From an uncultured Candidatus Saccharibacteria bacterium (GTDB taxonomy: Bacteria; Patescibacteriota; Minisyncoccia; Minisyncoccales; UBA1441): DNA of 64,000 bases. The DNA lies in the NCBI GenBank assembly GCA_964572275.1, contig CAZNED010000001.1, positions 5,513-69,512 on the forward strand, in the 5' to 3' direction. Positions 38,812 to 49,298 of this stretch are shown in pieces. How positions within the stretch are numbered: the stretch's first letter is position 1; every line of letters starts with the position of its first letter. The notes under the pieces are model-generated. The model saw only the letters and a list, made by a program, of their open reading frames with translations. It had not been told where the DNA came from and did no database searches. Made by a program: the position numbers and the translations under genes.

Positions 38812-40008
38812 TTACTTAATGATCTTTGTCACCACTCCGGCTCCGACTGTTCGCCCGCCCTCTCTAATAGCGAGTTTTTGACGCTCCTCCAAGGCAATTG
38901 GTGCTTGTAAAATTATTTTTACTGACACGGTATCTCCTGGCATGACCATTTCAGTCCCTTCTGGCAAAGTCACCTCGCCGGTAATATCCGTTGTGCGAAT
39001 GTAGAATTGAGGTTTATAACCGGTGAAGAATGGTGTATGTCTTCCACCTTCATCTTTGGTTAAGATATAGACTTCCGCTTCGAATTCAGTATGAGGAGTA
39101 ATCGTACCCGTTGCAGCTAAAACCTGACCGCGCTCAATCTCTTCCTTTTTGATCCCTCTCAATAGAACTCCGACATTATCTCCAGCCTGTGCGTCCTCTA
39201 ATGTTTTATTGAACATTTCCAGAGAAACAACCGTTACCTTCTGAGTCGGTTTAATTCCGACTAATTCCACCTCTTGGCCAGCTTTAACAACACCACGATC
39301 AACTTTACCAGTAGCTACGGTTCCTCTTCCTTCAATCGAGAAAACATCTTCTACCGGCATCAAGAATGGTTTATCCATTTCTCGAGCTGGATCGGCAAAA
39401 TAATTATCAACTGAATCGAGCAAGGCCAAAATAGGTTTCACTGCTTCGTCATCAATAGAATTAGCATCTAATGCTTTTAGAGCTGAACCTCTTATGATTG
39501 GAGTTTCGTCTCCTGGAAATTCGTATTTTTTAAGCAAACTTCTTATTTCTTCTTCAACTAACTTGATCATCTCTTCGTCATCAACTTGATCAACTTTATT
39601 CAAGAAAACAATAATCGATGGTAAGCCGACTTGCCGAGCTAACAAAATATGTTCTCTAGTCTGAGGCATCGGACCTTCGGCAGCCGAAACTACCAAAATT
39701 GCACCATCCATTTGGGCTGCTCCCGTAATCATATTTTTAATATAATCAGCGTGCCCCGGACAATCAATAAATGCATAATGACGCTTATCAGTTTCAAACT
39801 CGTTATGGGAAATCGAGATAGTCAAACCTCGCTCTCTTTCCTCTGGAGCTGAATCAATTTCTGCCACTCCTTTCTGGCTTCCTTTCAAGCCTTTCAAAGA
39901 AGTCGCCTTAAGGATAGCTGCCGTTAACGTGGTTTTACCATGATCAACATGACCGATGGTTCCGATATTAAGGTGAGGCTTTCCTCGAACAAATGCTTCT
40001 TTAGCCAT
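38812..40008 (-). CDS. tuf: Elongation factor Tu
   Basis: [28 protein letters not shown] and the full three-domain length. Confidence 0.96.
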   Translation of the reverse strand: MAKEAFVRGKPHLNIGTIGHVDHGKTTLTAAILKATSLKGLKGSQKGVAEIDSAPEERERGLTISISHNEFETDKRHYAFIDCPGHADYIKNMITGAAQMDGAILVVSAAEGPMPQTREHILLARQVGLPSIIVFLNKVDQVDDEEMIKLVEEEIRSLLKKYEFPGDETPIIRGSALKALDANSIDDEAVKPILALLDSVDNYFADPAREMDKPFLMPVEDVFSIEGRGTVATGKVDRGVVKAGQEVELVGIKPTQKVTVVSLEMFNKTLEDAQAGDNVGVLLRGIKKEEIERGQVLAATGTITPHTEFEAEVYILTKDEGGRHTPFFTGYKPQFYIRTTDITGEVTLPEGTEMVMPGDTVSVKIILQAPIALEERQKLAIREGGRTVGAGVVTKIIK

Positions 40009-40049
40009 TTTTAAACTTAAAATTTAATTTTATTTTAAACAATATTAAT

Positions 40050-40095
40050 CCCCTCCTCCAAGCGAAATAATAGCAGATTGCCGACAAACCGTCAA
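40050..40095 (-). promoter_or_regulatory. tuf promoter (TTGACG-17-TATTAT) with GGAGGAGGGG at the predicted 5' end of the leader
   Basis: On the minus strand, TTGACG at 40095-40090 and TATTAT at 40072-40067. GGAGGAGGGG at 40059-40050 lies ~40 nt upstream of the tuf ATG. Confidence 0.45.
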
Positions 40096-40102
40096 CAATC
40101 AA

Positions 40103-40315
40103 TCATAATGGCAGATCATCGATAAACAATCCGTTTATTTTTTCTACCATTCTGTTATTGCCAGTCTTTTTGGAGATCATCGGTGACTTTGCGCATTCAT
40201 TCATCTCTTGATAATCCCGATAAGACATCACCACGAAAGCCGGCTCATCGTTTACCGCAATCATGGCTCGACCCCCGCTTTCTTCGATAAATTTAGCAAT
40301 CTCTACCCAATCCAT
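40103..40315 (-). CDS. 70-aa protein inserted between fusA and tuf; weak Phd/YefM-antitoxin-like pattern
   Basis: The ATG is 3 nt after the fusA TGA. GGRAMIAVNDEPAFVVMSYRDYQEM resembles the beta-strand/YE-motif core of Phd/YefM. The assignment is weak. Confidence 0.45.
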   Translation of the reverse strand: MDWVEIAKFIEESGGRAMIAVNDEPAFVVMSYRDYQEMNECAKSPMISKKTGNNRMVEKINGLFIDDLPL

Positions 40316-40318
40316 ACT

Positions 40319-42412
40319 TCATCTTTTCCTCCCAACTACAACTTCTTCACTGATATGACGCGGTACTTCAAAATATTCCTTAAATTCCATCGTGAAGTTA
40401 GCTCGCCCTTTAGTCAATGATCTTAGAGACGTCGCATAACCAAACATCTCAGCTAACGGCACTTCGGCATCAATCACTTTAGTTTTCTCTCGACTGGTCG
40501 TATCGACTATTTTACCTCGCCGAGAGCTTAGGTCTCCCATAACATCACCGAAGAATTCTTCCGGCACAATAACCTCCACTTTCATAATTGGTTCCAATAA
40601 AACTGGTTGTGCTTGGCGACTCACCTCTTGAAATGCTTTTGCGCCGGCAATTTTAAAAGCCATCTCCGAAGAGTCTACTTCATGAAAAGAACCATCATAA
40701 ACCGTAGCTTCTACATCAATCACTGGATATCCAGCCACCACCCCTTCGCACATTGCCTCTTTCACTCCTTTCTCTATGGCTGGAATGTATTCCTGAGGAA
40801 TAGCTCCGCCCTTGATTACATTATTAAATTTAAAGCCTTCTCCGCGTTGTCTCGGTGTTAATCTTAAACAAACATCACCATATTGACCGCGACCGCCAGA
40901 TTGATGAATATATTGCCCTCGTCCTTCTGCTTCAATTAAAATCGTCTCCCTATAAGAAACTTCAGGTCGGCCAACATTGCTTTCAACATTAAATTCTCGC
41001 TTAATTCGGTCAACAATAATATCCAAATGCAACTCTCCCATGCCTGAAAGAATCATTTCGCTCGTATCCGGATCTCGTGAGACGCGCAAAGTAGGATCTT
41101 CTTCCGAAAGTCTTTTTAAAGCATCATCTAATTTATCTTGATCAGCTTTAACTCGAGGCTCTACCCTAATTGAGATAACCGGTTCTGGGAATTCAATATT
41201 TTCAAGAATAATCGGATTATTTTCATCGCATAAAGTATCGCCGGTCCGCGTATCTTTTAATCCTACCGTTGCGGCAATCCCTCCGGCATATACGGCGCTT
41301 ATCTCTTCTCGATCATTAGAATGCATTCTTAAAATACGGCCAATCCTTTCTTTTTTGCCAGTGCGCGGATTCAAAACATAGGAACCTTGCTGTAAGACAC
41401 CTGAATAAACTCGGAAATAAGCCAAGGTGCCAACATAAGGATCAGCAGCAATCTTAAAAACTAAGGCGGCAAAAGGTGATTCATCGCTAGTATCACGCTG
41501 AATCGTTTCTTCCTTTAAGCTCTTGCCCTCCACGGGAGGCAAATCCAACGGGTTAGGTAAATAATAATAAACAGCATCAAGAAGCAATTGCACCCCTTTA
41601 TTCTTTAAAGCTGAACCACACATAATGGGTACTAATTTATAGTTCAAAACAGCTTGTCTTAAACCGCTTCTCAATTCATCAAGCGTCAAATCTTCATTAT
41701 CTAAATATTTCTCCAACAATTCGCTTTTTTCTGCGGCTATCTTCTCAATTAATATATCTTGATAATCTTTCGCTTCAGCCAAGAGTTCTTCTGGAACATC
41801 TTCCTCTTTCAAAGGAGCTTTAAGGTCTTCAGAAAAATAATACGCCTTCATCTTGAGCAGATCTATCACTCCGCGGAAATCGTCCTCTTGACCAATTGGC
41901 AATTGAATAGGAATTGCTTTTTGAGTGAGCTTTTTTTGGATTGAAGCGACGCCATCTTTAAAATTAGCGCCGGTTCGATCCAATTTATTGATGAAACAGA
42001 AACGAGGCATATCAAATTTATCAGCTTGTCGCCAAACTGTTTCAGACTGCGGTTCGACGCCGGCTACTCCATCAAAAACAATCACCGCGCCATCAAGAAC
42101 GCGTAATGATCTCTGTACCTCAACTGTAAAATCTATATGACCAGGAGTGTCAATAATATTTATGCGACATTCTTCTTCTGGTTTATCAGTTGGATGCCAA
42201 TAGCAAGTTGTTGCTGCTGAAGTTATTGTAATTCCTCTCTCTCTTTCCTGAGCCATCCAATCCATAATAGCTTCCCCTTCGTGGACTTCTCCAATTTTAT
42301 GCGAAACACCTGTAAAGAAAAGAATGCGCTCACTGACCGTTGTCTTCCCGGCATCAATATGAGCAATGATGCCGATATTTCTTATTTTATCTAAAGGATA
42401 GTCTCGTTCCAT
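40319..42412 (-). CDS. fusA: Elongation factor G
   Basis: [21 protein letters not shown], five-domain length (697 aa). Confidence 0.96.
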   Translation of the reverse strand: MERDYPLDKIRNIGIIAHIDAGKTTVSERILFFTGVSHKIGEVHEGEAIMDWMAQERERGITITSAATTCYWHPTDKPEEECRINIIDTPGHIDFTVEVQRSLRVLDGAVIVFDGVAGVEPQSETVWRQADKFDMPRFCFINKLDRTGANFKDGVASIQKKLTQKAIPIQLPIGQEDDFRGVIDLLKMKAYYFSEDLKAPLKEEDVPEELLAEAKDYQDILIEKIAAEKSELLEKYLDNEDLTLDELRSGLRQAVLNYKLVPIMCGSALKNKGVQLLLDAVYYYLPNPLDLPPVEGKSLKEETIQRDTSDESPFAALVFKIAADPYVGTLAYFRVYSGVLQQGSYVLNPRTGKKERIGRILRMHSNDREEISAVYAGGIAATVGLKDTRTGDTLCDENNPIILENIEFPEPVISIRVEPRVKADQDKLDDALKRLSEEDPTLRVSRDPDTSEMILSGMGELHLDIIVDRIKREFNVESNVGRPEVSYRETILIEAEGRGQYIHQSGGRGQYGDVCLRLTPRQRGEGFKFNNVIKGGAIPQEYIPAIEKGVKEAMCEGVVAGYPVIDVEATVYDGSFHEVDSSEMAFKIAGAKAFQEVSRQAQPVLLEPIMKVEVIVPEEFFGDVMGDLSSRRGKIVDTTSREKTKVIDAEVPLAEMFGYATSLRSLTKGRANFTMEFKEYFEVPRHISEEVVVGRKR

Positions 42413-42456
42413 AACAAAAATATAAGGGATTAATCTATTTTAGCCCTCTCCATAAA

Positions 42457-42918
42457 TCAGCGGGCAAAATGAGCAAAGGCCTGATTAGCCTTAGCCATTT
42501 TATGAGTATTAATTTTCTTTTGAATGGCTCCCCCCTCTCCTTTCACGGCAGCCATTAATTCATCAGCTAATTTTTCTGACATTGGTCGCCCCTTGCTTGA
42601 ACGAGCCGCGGCAATCATCCATCTAAAAGCCAAAGTCTGCTGTCTCTTACCTTTAACTTCATGAGGCACTTGATAGGTCGCCCCACCGACTCTCTTTGAC
42701 TTGACTTCTAATAACGGCGAAACTTGCCGGATTGCCTCTTGAAAAATGAGTGTGGGATCCTGCTTAGTCTTTGTTTTAATAATGTCTAAGGCGCGGTAAA
42801 CAACTCGTCGGGCAGTTTCCTTTTGCCCATTGCGCATAATAGCGTTAATAAATTTAGATAATTCAACGCTTTGATAAATCGGATCGGGTAATATTTTTCT
42901 GAATTTAGTCGTAGCCAT
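42457..42918 (-). CDS. rpsG: 30S ribosomal protein S7
   Basis: The ATG at 42918 gives MATTKFRKILPDPIYQS. VGGATYQVP, and a C-terminal AFAHFAR. Confidence 0.93.
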   Translation of the reverse strand: MATTKFRKILPDPIYQSVELSKFINAIMRNGQKETARRVVYRALDIIKTKTKQDPTLIFQEAIRQVSPLLEVKSKRVGGATYQVPHEVKGKRQQTLAFRWMIAAARSSKGRPMSEKLADELMAAVKGEGGAIQKKINTHKMAKANQAFAHFAR

Positions 42919-42919
42919 A

Positions 42920-43330
42920 TTATTTCTCTTGTTTGGTTCCGTATTTCGAACGGCTGCGTTTGCGTTTTTCCACACCAGCTGTATCAAGTGTGCCTCTAAT
43001 AATATGATAACGCACGCCCGGTAAATCTCTCACCTTTCCTCCTCTGATTAAGACGACTGCATGTTCCTCTAAGTTATGACCTTCACCTGGAATATAAGCA
43101 GTTACTTCTTTTCCATTAGACAATCTAACGCGAGCAACTTTACGTAAGGCTGAATTTGGCTTTTTGGGAGTTACGGTAAAAACCTTAACACAGGTTCCTC
43201 TTTTAAATGGCGACACATAATGAGACGGTTTGTTTTTGAGATGATCAAATCCAAACTCCAGAGCTCCCTTTTTCTTTAGCTCTCCCACGCTCTTTCTCTT
43301 GTGACGGATTAATTGATTTATTGTAGGCAT
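42920..43330 (-). CDS. rpsL: 30S ribosomal protein S12
   Basis: [45 protein letters not shown]. Confidence 0.95.
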   Translation of the reverse strand: MPTINQLIRHKRKSVGELKKKGALEFGFDHLKNKPSHYVSPFKRGTCVKVFTVTPKKPNSALRKVARVRLSNGKEVTAYIPGEGHNLEEHAVVLIRGGKVRDLPGVRYHIIRGTLDTAGVEKRKRSRSKYGTKQEK

Positions 43331-43375
43331 AATAGTTAATCAATTCGGCAATAATAACAAAAGCAATATAAACTG

Positions 43376-44023
43376 TCAATAAAAAACACCCAGACCCGGC
43401 GTGCCGGTTATCAGGCGAAATAATCCTGTTACTATTGGTACGATGAATCTAAATAAAAATAACACAAAAAACAGAAGAATCAATAAGCTATTTTGCATTA
43501 TGAAAATTTTTATTTTTGCAAAGCGAGCAGGTAAGAAAGTAAATAAAATATGGGAGCCATCTAATGGCGGTACCGGCATTAGATTAAAGATGGCTAATAA
43601 GATATTGACTTGAACGATAATTTGAAAGAGAAAAAGAAGATTACTAAAAAATATCATTTGAGGACCAAGGCTTATTACGATTCTTAATAACAAACCAAAG
43701 AATAATGCAATGATCAAATTTGTGGCTGGCCCGGCAAAAGAAACCTTGGCCTCTCCATAGCGCTGATCTTTGAAATTATTCGGATTTACTGGTACTGGTT
43801 TGGCCCAGCCGATAATGAACCCTGCTCCGGATATAATCAATAATCCCGGAACAATTATAGAGCCGATGAGATCAATATGTTTAATCGGATTCAAACTGAG
43901 CCGTCCCATTAATCTGGCGGTGGAATCACCTAAATAATCGGCCATTAATCCATGGCTGATTTCATGAGCAATAACTGAAAGAATCAGAATGATTAAAAAT
44001 ATTAAATAGAAAAATAAATCCAT
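43376..44023 (-). CDS. M50-family (site-2 protease-like) membrane zinc metalloprotease
   Basis: HEISHG, LSLNPIKHIDLIGS, NLMPVPPLDGS. Polytopic. Confidence 0.8.
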   Translation of the reverse strand: MDLFFYLIFLIILILSVIAHEISHGLMADYLGDSTARLMGRLSLNPIKHIDLIGSIIVPGLLIISGAGFIIGWAKPVPVNPNNFKDQRYGEAKVSFAGPATNLIIALFFGLLLRIVISLGPQMIFFSNLLFLFQIIVQVNILLAIFNLMPVPPLDGSHILFTFLPARFAKIKIFIMQNSLLILLFFVLFLFRFIVPIVTGLFRLITGTPGLGVFY

Positions 44024-44060
44024 TGCATTATTAGGAATAATGTTTTATCATTGTATCATT

Positions 44061-44246
44061 ATGATTAAAGAATGCCAAATTTGTCAGAAAGAAGCCAAAA
44101 ATGCCGGCAAATGGGTTAAGCTGCGCGGAAAGTATAATCCTGGAGGGGCTAGAAGACATAAACCTAATTTGACTTGGATGAAATTAGGCGGACAAAAAAT
44201 AAGAGTTTGCGTTCGTTGTTTAAAAAAATATTCGTCGGGTGAATAA
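44061..44246 (+). CDS. rpmB: 50S ribosomal protein L28 (Cys-containing form), probable
   Basis: MIKECQICQKEAKNAG...RRHKPNLTWMKL..QKIRVCVRCLKK matches the L28 C.I.GK...PNL pattern. Confidence 0.6.
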   Translation: MIKECQICQKEAKNAGKWVKLRGKYNPGGARRHKPNLTWMKLGGQKIRVCVRCLKKYSSGE

Positions 44247-44258
44247 ATCTACCGACGG

Positions 44259-44333
44259 CGGGGTGTCGTATAATGGTTATTATTCAGGGCTGGGGGTCCT
44301 GTAACCCGGGTTCGATTCCCGGCACCCCGACCA
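44259..44333 (+). tRNA. tRNA-Pro (anticodon GGG), CCA encoded
   Basis: Acceptor CGGGGTG/CACCCCG, anticodon stem CAGGG/TCCTG with loop CTGGGGG, T-arm CCGGG-TTCGATT-CCCGG, 3' ACCA. Confidence 0.88.
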
Positions 44334-44344
44334 GATTAAACATC

Positions 44345-45499
44345 TTAGAATTTACTCATCGCGATTCTTTTCCGTATCTCTTCTAACCGGTTTTCTAGGA
44401 AAAATAAATTATGGATCGTTAGAAGCTTTCCAGCCAATTGTTCTTGAGCCCGAAACAAGAAATTAATTTGAGCGATTGTATAGTTTTGGCAAGCCGGACA
44501 TTGACATTTCTCTTCAATCGATTGAAAGGTATTTTTGTATTTACCTGATTTGAGATCGATCCCTCCTTTAGATGTCAATGCTTGACCATGTCTGGCAATT
44601 CTAGTTGGTAAAGCACAATCAAACAAATCTATCCCCAATCTGATTATTTTCTCTAAAACATCCATATCTCCGATTCCCAGAAGGTGTCTTGGTTTTAATG
44701 GGTCGGCTAAACCTTGAACCCAAGAGATTGTTTTATACATCTCTTTTTTGTTTTTACCAAGTGCGCCACCGATAGCAATTCCAAAAACATTAAGATTATT
44801 GACAAAATTAACCGATTCTTCTCTCAAATCTTTATAAATGCCTCCCTGTACAATGGCAAAAATAGCTTGATCTTTTTTTACCTTATCCTGATAATGCGTT
44901 GTTAAAAAACGTTCGAACCATTGATGGCTCAACCTTGTTTCTGTTCCGGCCGTAGCGTGATTATCTAAGGGAGTTCCGCAAATATCTAGAAGATAAATAA
45001 AATCAGCTCCTAATTTCTTTTGAATTTTATAAGAAAGTTCAGGAGTAAGTAAAATCTTTCGACCATCTCGAGGAGAAGAAAAAATAGCCCCTTCGGCACT
45101 TATTTTTAAAAGATTATTACCCTTTTTCTCTTCTTTTTGATTTTCATTAAAAATAGAATTTATTTTGCCTAATCCATATTCTCTGCCTTTTCCTAAAGAA
45201 AAAATCTGAAATCCTCCCGAATCAGTAAAAATTGGTTTACTGAAATTAAAAAAATGATGCAATCCACCCATTTTTTCCACCTGATCAGCCCTGTCAAGAT
45301 CGAGAAAGTGGAAAGTATTTGTTATTTGGCATTGAACCTTACTTTGTATTGTTTCAAATGGACTTAAGCCAGATTTGATAACGCCTAAGGTTGCTACGGG
45401 AATAAATGCTGGTGTTTGTATTTTACCGTGAGGAGTTATAATTTCACCAATTCTTGCTTTACTTTTTAAAGATTTTTTTAAAATATTAAATTGAAACAT
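44345..45499 (-). CDS. tgt: Queuine tRNA-ribosyltransferase
   Basis: TPAFIPVAT, FTDSGGFQ, and the zinc motif CQCPACQNY. Start taken at ATG 45499 (MFQFNILKK). Confidence 0.9.
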   Translation of the reverse strand: MFQFNILKKSLKSKARIGEIITPHGKIQTPAFIPVATLGVIKSGLSPFETIQSKVQCQITNTFHFLDLDRADQVEKMGGLHHFFNFSKPIFTDSGGFQIFSLGKGREYGLGKINSIFNENQKEEKKGNNLLKISAEGAIFSSPRDGRKILLTPELSYKIQKKLGADFIYLLDICGTPLDNHATAGTETRLSHQWFERFLTTHYQDKVKKDQAIFAIVQGGIYKDLREESVNFVNNLNVFGIAIGGALGKNKKEMYKTISWVQGLADPLKPRHLLGIGDMDVLEKIIRLGIDLFDCALPTRIARHGQALTSKGGIDLKSGKYKNTFQSIEEKCQCPACQNYTIAQINFLFRAQEQLAGKLLTIHNLFFLENRLEEIRKRIAMSKF

Positions 45500-46568
45500 C
45501 TTGGTCTGACATAATGATCCCACCGCCCAGCAATCTTGATCGACGATAAAAAACCACTGATTGTCCTGGTGTAATCGCTGATTGTTTTACTTTGAATATG
45601 ACATCATAAATATCATCTCCTTTTTCATCTATAATTGCTTTAGCCGGTTTATGGGAGTATCTGATTTTGGCTCTGACTCTAATCGGACATTTTATTGTCC
45701 GGATATTAATCAAATTAGTTTGATGGCACAGAAAATCTTTTCTTTCTAAAGATTTCTTGTCTTTAGTAACGATAAGTAAATTATGATTAATATCTTTATT
45801 GCGGACATAGTATGGTCCTCCGGACAATCCGATTCTTTTTCTTTGTCCGATTGTATAAAAAAATAAACCATTGTGTTGAGCTATTATTTTACCAGAATTT
45901 TCTTCCATAATATTGCCAGGCATCATATTTAAATATTTTTTCAAGAAATCAGTTATATATTTTGGAATAAAACAAATTTCCATCGACTCGCGCTTATTAT
46001 CAACTAGTAATTTCCATTTTTTTGCCAATCTTCTTACATTCTTCTTATAATGATTTCCTAAAGGGAAAATAACCCTACTCAGTTGTTCCTGATTCATCCG
46101 CCACAAGAAATAAGATTGGTCTTTTTTGGGATCCACTCCCTTATATAAAATAAAAATATTTTTTCTTTTTTTGATTCGAACATAATGACCGGTAGCCATT
46201 AGATCAGCTCCAAATTTATGAGCTTCCCGCCAAAATAAGTCAAATTTGATCTTCTGATTGCAATCAACACAAGGATTGGGAGTTAATCCCTTTCTATATC
46301 CTTCTATAAAAGAATCAACTATGTTTTTTCTAAATTCATCCTTGAAGTCAAAGACGTAGAAAGGGATGCCTATAATTTCAGCTATTTTACGGGCCTCTTC
46401 TTCTTTATAATTATCTGACTTCGGCTCATCCACCCAAAGTTTCATATAGGCCCCAGACACAAGATATCCTTTCTTTTTCAATAAACCAGCTGCTACAGCA
46501 CTATCTAATCCTCCCGACAAGGCCACAAAAACTTTTTGAGGTTTTTTCTTGATAATCATGATTAACAA
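45486..46568 (-). CDS. mnmA: tRNA 2-thiouridylase
   Basis: PP-loop ALSGGLDSAV, NPCVDCN, ATGHY. Confidence 0.92.
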   Translation of the reverse strand: MLIMIIKKKPQKVFVALSGGLDSAVAAGLLKKKGYLVSGAYMKLWVDEPKSDNYKEEEARKIAEIIGIPFYVFDFKDEFRKNIVDSFIEGYRKGLTPNPCVDCNQKIKFDLFWREAHKFGADLMATGHYVRIKKRKNIFILYKGVDPKKDQSYFLWRMNQEQLSRVIFPLGNHYKKNVRRLAKKWKLLVDNKRESMEICFIPKYITDFLKKYLNMMPGNIMEENSGKIIAQHNGLFFYTIGQRKRIGLSGGPYYVRNKDINHNLLIVTKDKKSLERKDFLCHQTNLINIRTIKCPIRVRAKIRYSHKPAKAIIDEKGDDIYDVIFKVKQSAITPGQSVVFYRRSRLLGGGIIMSDQDVSI

Positions 46569-46644
46569 TTTTACAACAGCACGCCTGGATTTTTATCTAA
46601 ATAAAAGATTCTTAATAATATTCTACCTCATAACAATCCTTGTA

Positions 46645-47292
46645 TTATCTTCGAGGGCAATTATTACCAGATTTATTGTATTGTATAATTAAATTCTCAA
46701 TTTCAGCCTTGACTTCGGGGCGACCGATCCCTGCTTTCAATTGCTCCTGGATTTCTTCTAAGTTCTTAGCTCCCGAACGAATAGCATTGATGATATCATT
46801 TTCCGTAATATTAAGATCTGGATCGACCATGCGAGATCCATCGGAAATGATTCGATCGTATTCTTTCCTTGAACGAAAATAATTATTCAAAGCTTGACGA
46901 AAAGCTTTATCGGCTAAAACTGAACAATGAACTTTTCTGGCCGGTAATCCGCCCAACGCTTCCATAATATCTTGAGGTGTTATTCTAACAGCGTTTTCGA
47001 TTGTAGTTCCTCCATTACGCAATATCATTTCTGAGAAGACAGACGTAGCCGCAATAGCTGAAGCACAACCGAAAGTGCGCCATTTCAAATCAATAATTTT
47101 GTCTTCAATTGAATTAATTTTAATCCACATAGCCATGATATCCCCGCACTGTACATTTCCAACCTGACCGAAGGCATTAAACTCACCTTTTTTGGGATTA
47201 TCTGCCATAAAATTCCGTGGGTGGAAAAAATGGTCTCTCACTTTTTCAGAATAAATCCAACTGGAATTTTGACCTTGAACATCTTTATTCAT
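46645..47292 (-). CDS. nifU: NifU/IscU-type Fe-S cluster scaffold protein
   Basis: GNVQCGDIM, TFGCASAIA, VHCSVLA Cys ligands. The C-terminal BFD-like segment lacks its cysteines. Confidence 0.85.
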   Translation of the reverse strand: MNKDVQGQNSSWIYSEKVRDHFFHPRNFMADNPKKGEFNAFGQVGNVQCGDIMAMWIKINSIEDKIIDLKWRTFGCASAIAATSVFSEMILRNGGTTIENAVRITPQDIMEALGGLPARKVHCSVLADKAFRQALNNYFRSRKEYDRIISDGSRMVDPDLNITENDIINAIRSGAKNLEEIQEQLKAGIGRPEVKAEIENLIIQYNKSGNNCPRR

Positions 47293-48487
47293 GTTTTATC
47301 GTTGAAATTTTCCTTAATTGCCTGACAATTTTAGGAAAAACGTTCATAAAATAATCAATTTCTCTCTTAGTTGTCTTGCGCCCCAAGGTTAATCTTAGGC
47401 TTCCATGCGCATATTCATGAGATTTTCCTAAAGCTAAAATAACATGAGATGGTTCCAGGTGACGAGAATCACATGCTGAGCCAGTAGAAGCTGCTATACC
47501 ATATTTATCTAACCATAAAAGCATGGCTTCGCCTTCAATGCCTAATACTGAAATATTGATATTATTCGGGAGTCTTTTAGTGGCATGACCATTCAAAACT
47601 ACACCTGGTATCTCATCGATTAATCTTCTGATAAAATAATCCCGTAAAGATTTTTCTCGATTTGATTCTTCCTGACGAATTTTCTGAGCGATATCTAGGG
47701 CTATCCCCAAACCTACCGTTCCGGGTATATTTTCCGTCCCTGGGCGCACTCCGCCTTCTTGATCTCCTCCCAATATTATTGGTTCAAGCATTATCCCCTT
47801 CCGAACATATAAAACTCCCACACCCTTTGGTCCATATATTTTGCTACCGTTTAATGTTAAAAGATCAACGCCAAGATTATTAACATCCAAGGATAAATAG
47901 CCCGCAGCCTGACAGGCGTCAATATGAAAAATCAAAGGAACATCAATAGCATTTTCTTTGCGTTTAGCTCTAATTTCTTTGATCATCTTCCCAATCTCAG
48001 CTATCGGTTGGATTACTCCGATCTCATTACTGGCATAAATTACTGAGACTAAAGTTGTTTTGTTGTTTATAGCTTGTTGGATTTGATCAACAGCTAGTAA
48101 ACCCTCATAATCAACCTTCAAAAAATCAACTTCAAATCCCTCTTGGGACAATTTCTTCATGGGATTGAGCACGGCTTTATGTTCGATATTAGAAGTGATC
48201 AAATGTTGACCTTTCTGCTTGTAAGCTTTAGCCGCTCCCAAAATAGCCAAGTTATCACTTTCTGTTCCCGAACCGGTAAATATTATTTCGTCGGTCGCGG
48301 CTCCTATAAGATCAGCTACCTGTTGACGCGCTTTCTCTAAAGCAAGCTTAGCCTTCCGCCCAAATTGATGCAAAGAACCGGCGTTGCCAAAGATATGACT
48401 AAAATAAGGCTTCATAGCATGAACAACCCTCCGATCAGTATAAGTAGTTGCAGCGTAATCAAAATATATTGTTTTTTTAAAATTCAT
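47285..48487 (-). CDS. nifS: Cysteine desulfurase (NifS/IscS)
   Basis: YFDYAATT, HIDACQA, LNGSKIYGPKGVG (PLP Lys), STGSACDS. Start at ATG 48487. Confidence 0.92.
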   Translation of the reverse strand: MNFKKTIYFDYAATTYTDRRVVHAMKPYFSHIFGNAGSLHQFGRKAKLALEKARQQVADLIGAATDEIIFTGSGTESDNLAILGAAKAYKQKGQHLITSNIEHKAVLNPMKKLSQEGFEVDFLKVDYEGLLAVDQIQQAINNKTTLVSVIYASNEIGVIQPIAEIGKMIKEIRAKRKENAIDVPLIFHIDACQAAGYLSLDVNNLGVDLLTLNGSKIYGPKGVGVLYVRKGIMLEPIILGGDQEGGVRPGTENIPGTVGLGIALDIAQKIRQEESNREKSLRDYFIRRLIDEIPGVVLNGHATKRLPNNINISVLGIEGEAMLLWLDKYGIAASTGSACDSRHLEPSHVILALGKSHEYAHGSLRLTLGRKTTKREIDYFMNVFPKIVRQLRKISTIKHE

Positions 48488-48559
48488 TAGAAAATAACGC
48501 TCCGGAGAGCTCTCCTGAAAGAAATTCAAAGAAATAACATACTAAGGTGGGTGTCCGCA

Positions 48560-48645
48560 GACTGAGCCCACGGGCTAAGTCAATTAGGGCTCCCAAAAAG
48601 CAAGTTTGCTTTGAAATACAATCGAAGAGTTCACGGAGCAAACTT
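48560..48645 (-). other. Structured intergenic segment (two strong hairpins) between ndk and nifS
   Basis: On the minus strand, AAGTTTGCT...AGCAAACTT (48645-48602) is followed by GCTTTTTGG. Next comes GACTTAGCCCGTGGGCTCAGTC (48581-48560). GC is locally raised. Confidence 0.4.
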
Positions 48646-48719
48646 ATTTTAAGGCACCCAAGAACCAATGTCAAAGAGATTTTTAATACTCTATCCAAAC
48701 AAATTCCTATCAAAGGACA

Positions 48720-49298
48720 TTACATAATTTCCTCATCAGGTAGATGATAATCAAATACCTCTTCAGCCGAAGTCCATAGATTTAGTTCATTTTCAGCTTC
48801 AGTCTGATTCTCAGAAGCATGAATAATATTTCGGATTGCTCTTTTCTCACGATTGGCCCGAGCGGCATCATCAATCGAGAAATCACCTCGAATCGTTCCC
48901 GCCTGAGCTTGGGCCGGAGCTGTGTCGCCCACTATCTTCCTAACCATATCAATAGCATGATTGCCACTAACAACCACCTTAACCATTGGTCCGGAAGTTA
49001 AATAATCCAATAGCCAATTACGAGTTAATTGACCAATTTCATAAGGATCATCTAGGTTTAATTCTTTTTTGATATCTAGGCCATATTTTTCATAATTAGC
49101 CGTAGCCTTCTGACCAATCCGCTCCAACCATTCTTTATCCTTGGGATAATGTCGATCAACTTGATCTTTCCGAGCCCAAACCATTTCTAATGAAACAATT
49201 TTTAGGCCTCTTTTTTCAATGCGAGAGATTATTTCTCCGACTAAACCACGTTTAACCCCATCGGGTTTAATTAATACAAGAGTTTTTTCTTCATTCAT
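48720..49298 (-). CDS. ndk: Nucleoside diphosphate kinase (long form with insertion)
   Basis: TLVLIKPDGV, GTIRGDF, NIIHASE (catalytic His). Confidence 0.85.
   Translation of the reverse strand: MNEEKTLVLIKPDGVKRGLVGEIISRIEKRGLKIVSLEMVWARKDQVDRHYPKDKEWLERIGQKATANYEKYGLDIKKELNLDDPYEIGQLTRNWLLDYLTSGPMVKVVVSGNHAIDMVRKIVGDTAPAQAQAGTIRGDFSIDDAARANREKRAIRNIIHASENQTEAENELNLWTSAEEVFDYHLPDEEIM

Noticed and set aside
48646-48674. Apparent promoter TTGACA-17-TAAAAT (minus strand) for nifS.
   Set aside because: Its -10 directly abuts the 5' arm of the 48645-48602 hairpin, so a transcript from it would start inside the stem. I could not decide between promoter and terminator readings and so left it uncalled.
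48477-48747. ORFs 48477..48713- and 48547..48747+ in the ndk-nifS spacer.
   Set aside because: They have no start context or family resemblance. The region is better explained by RNA hairpins.
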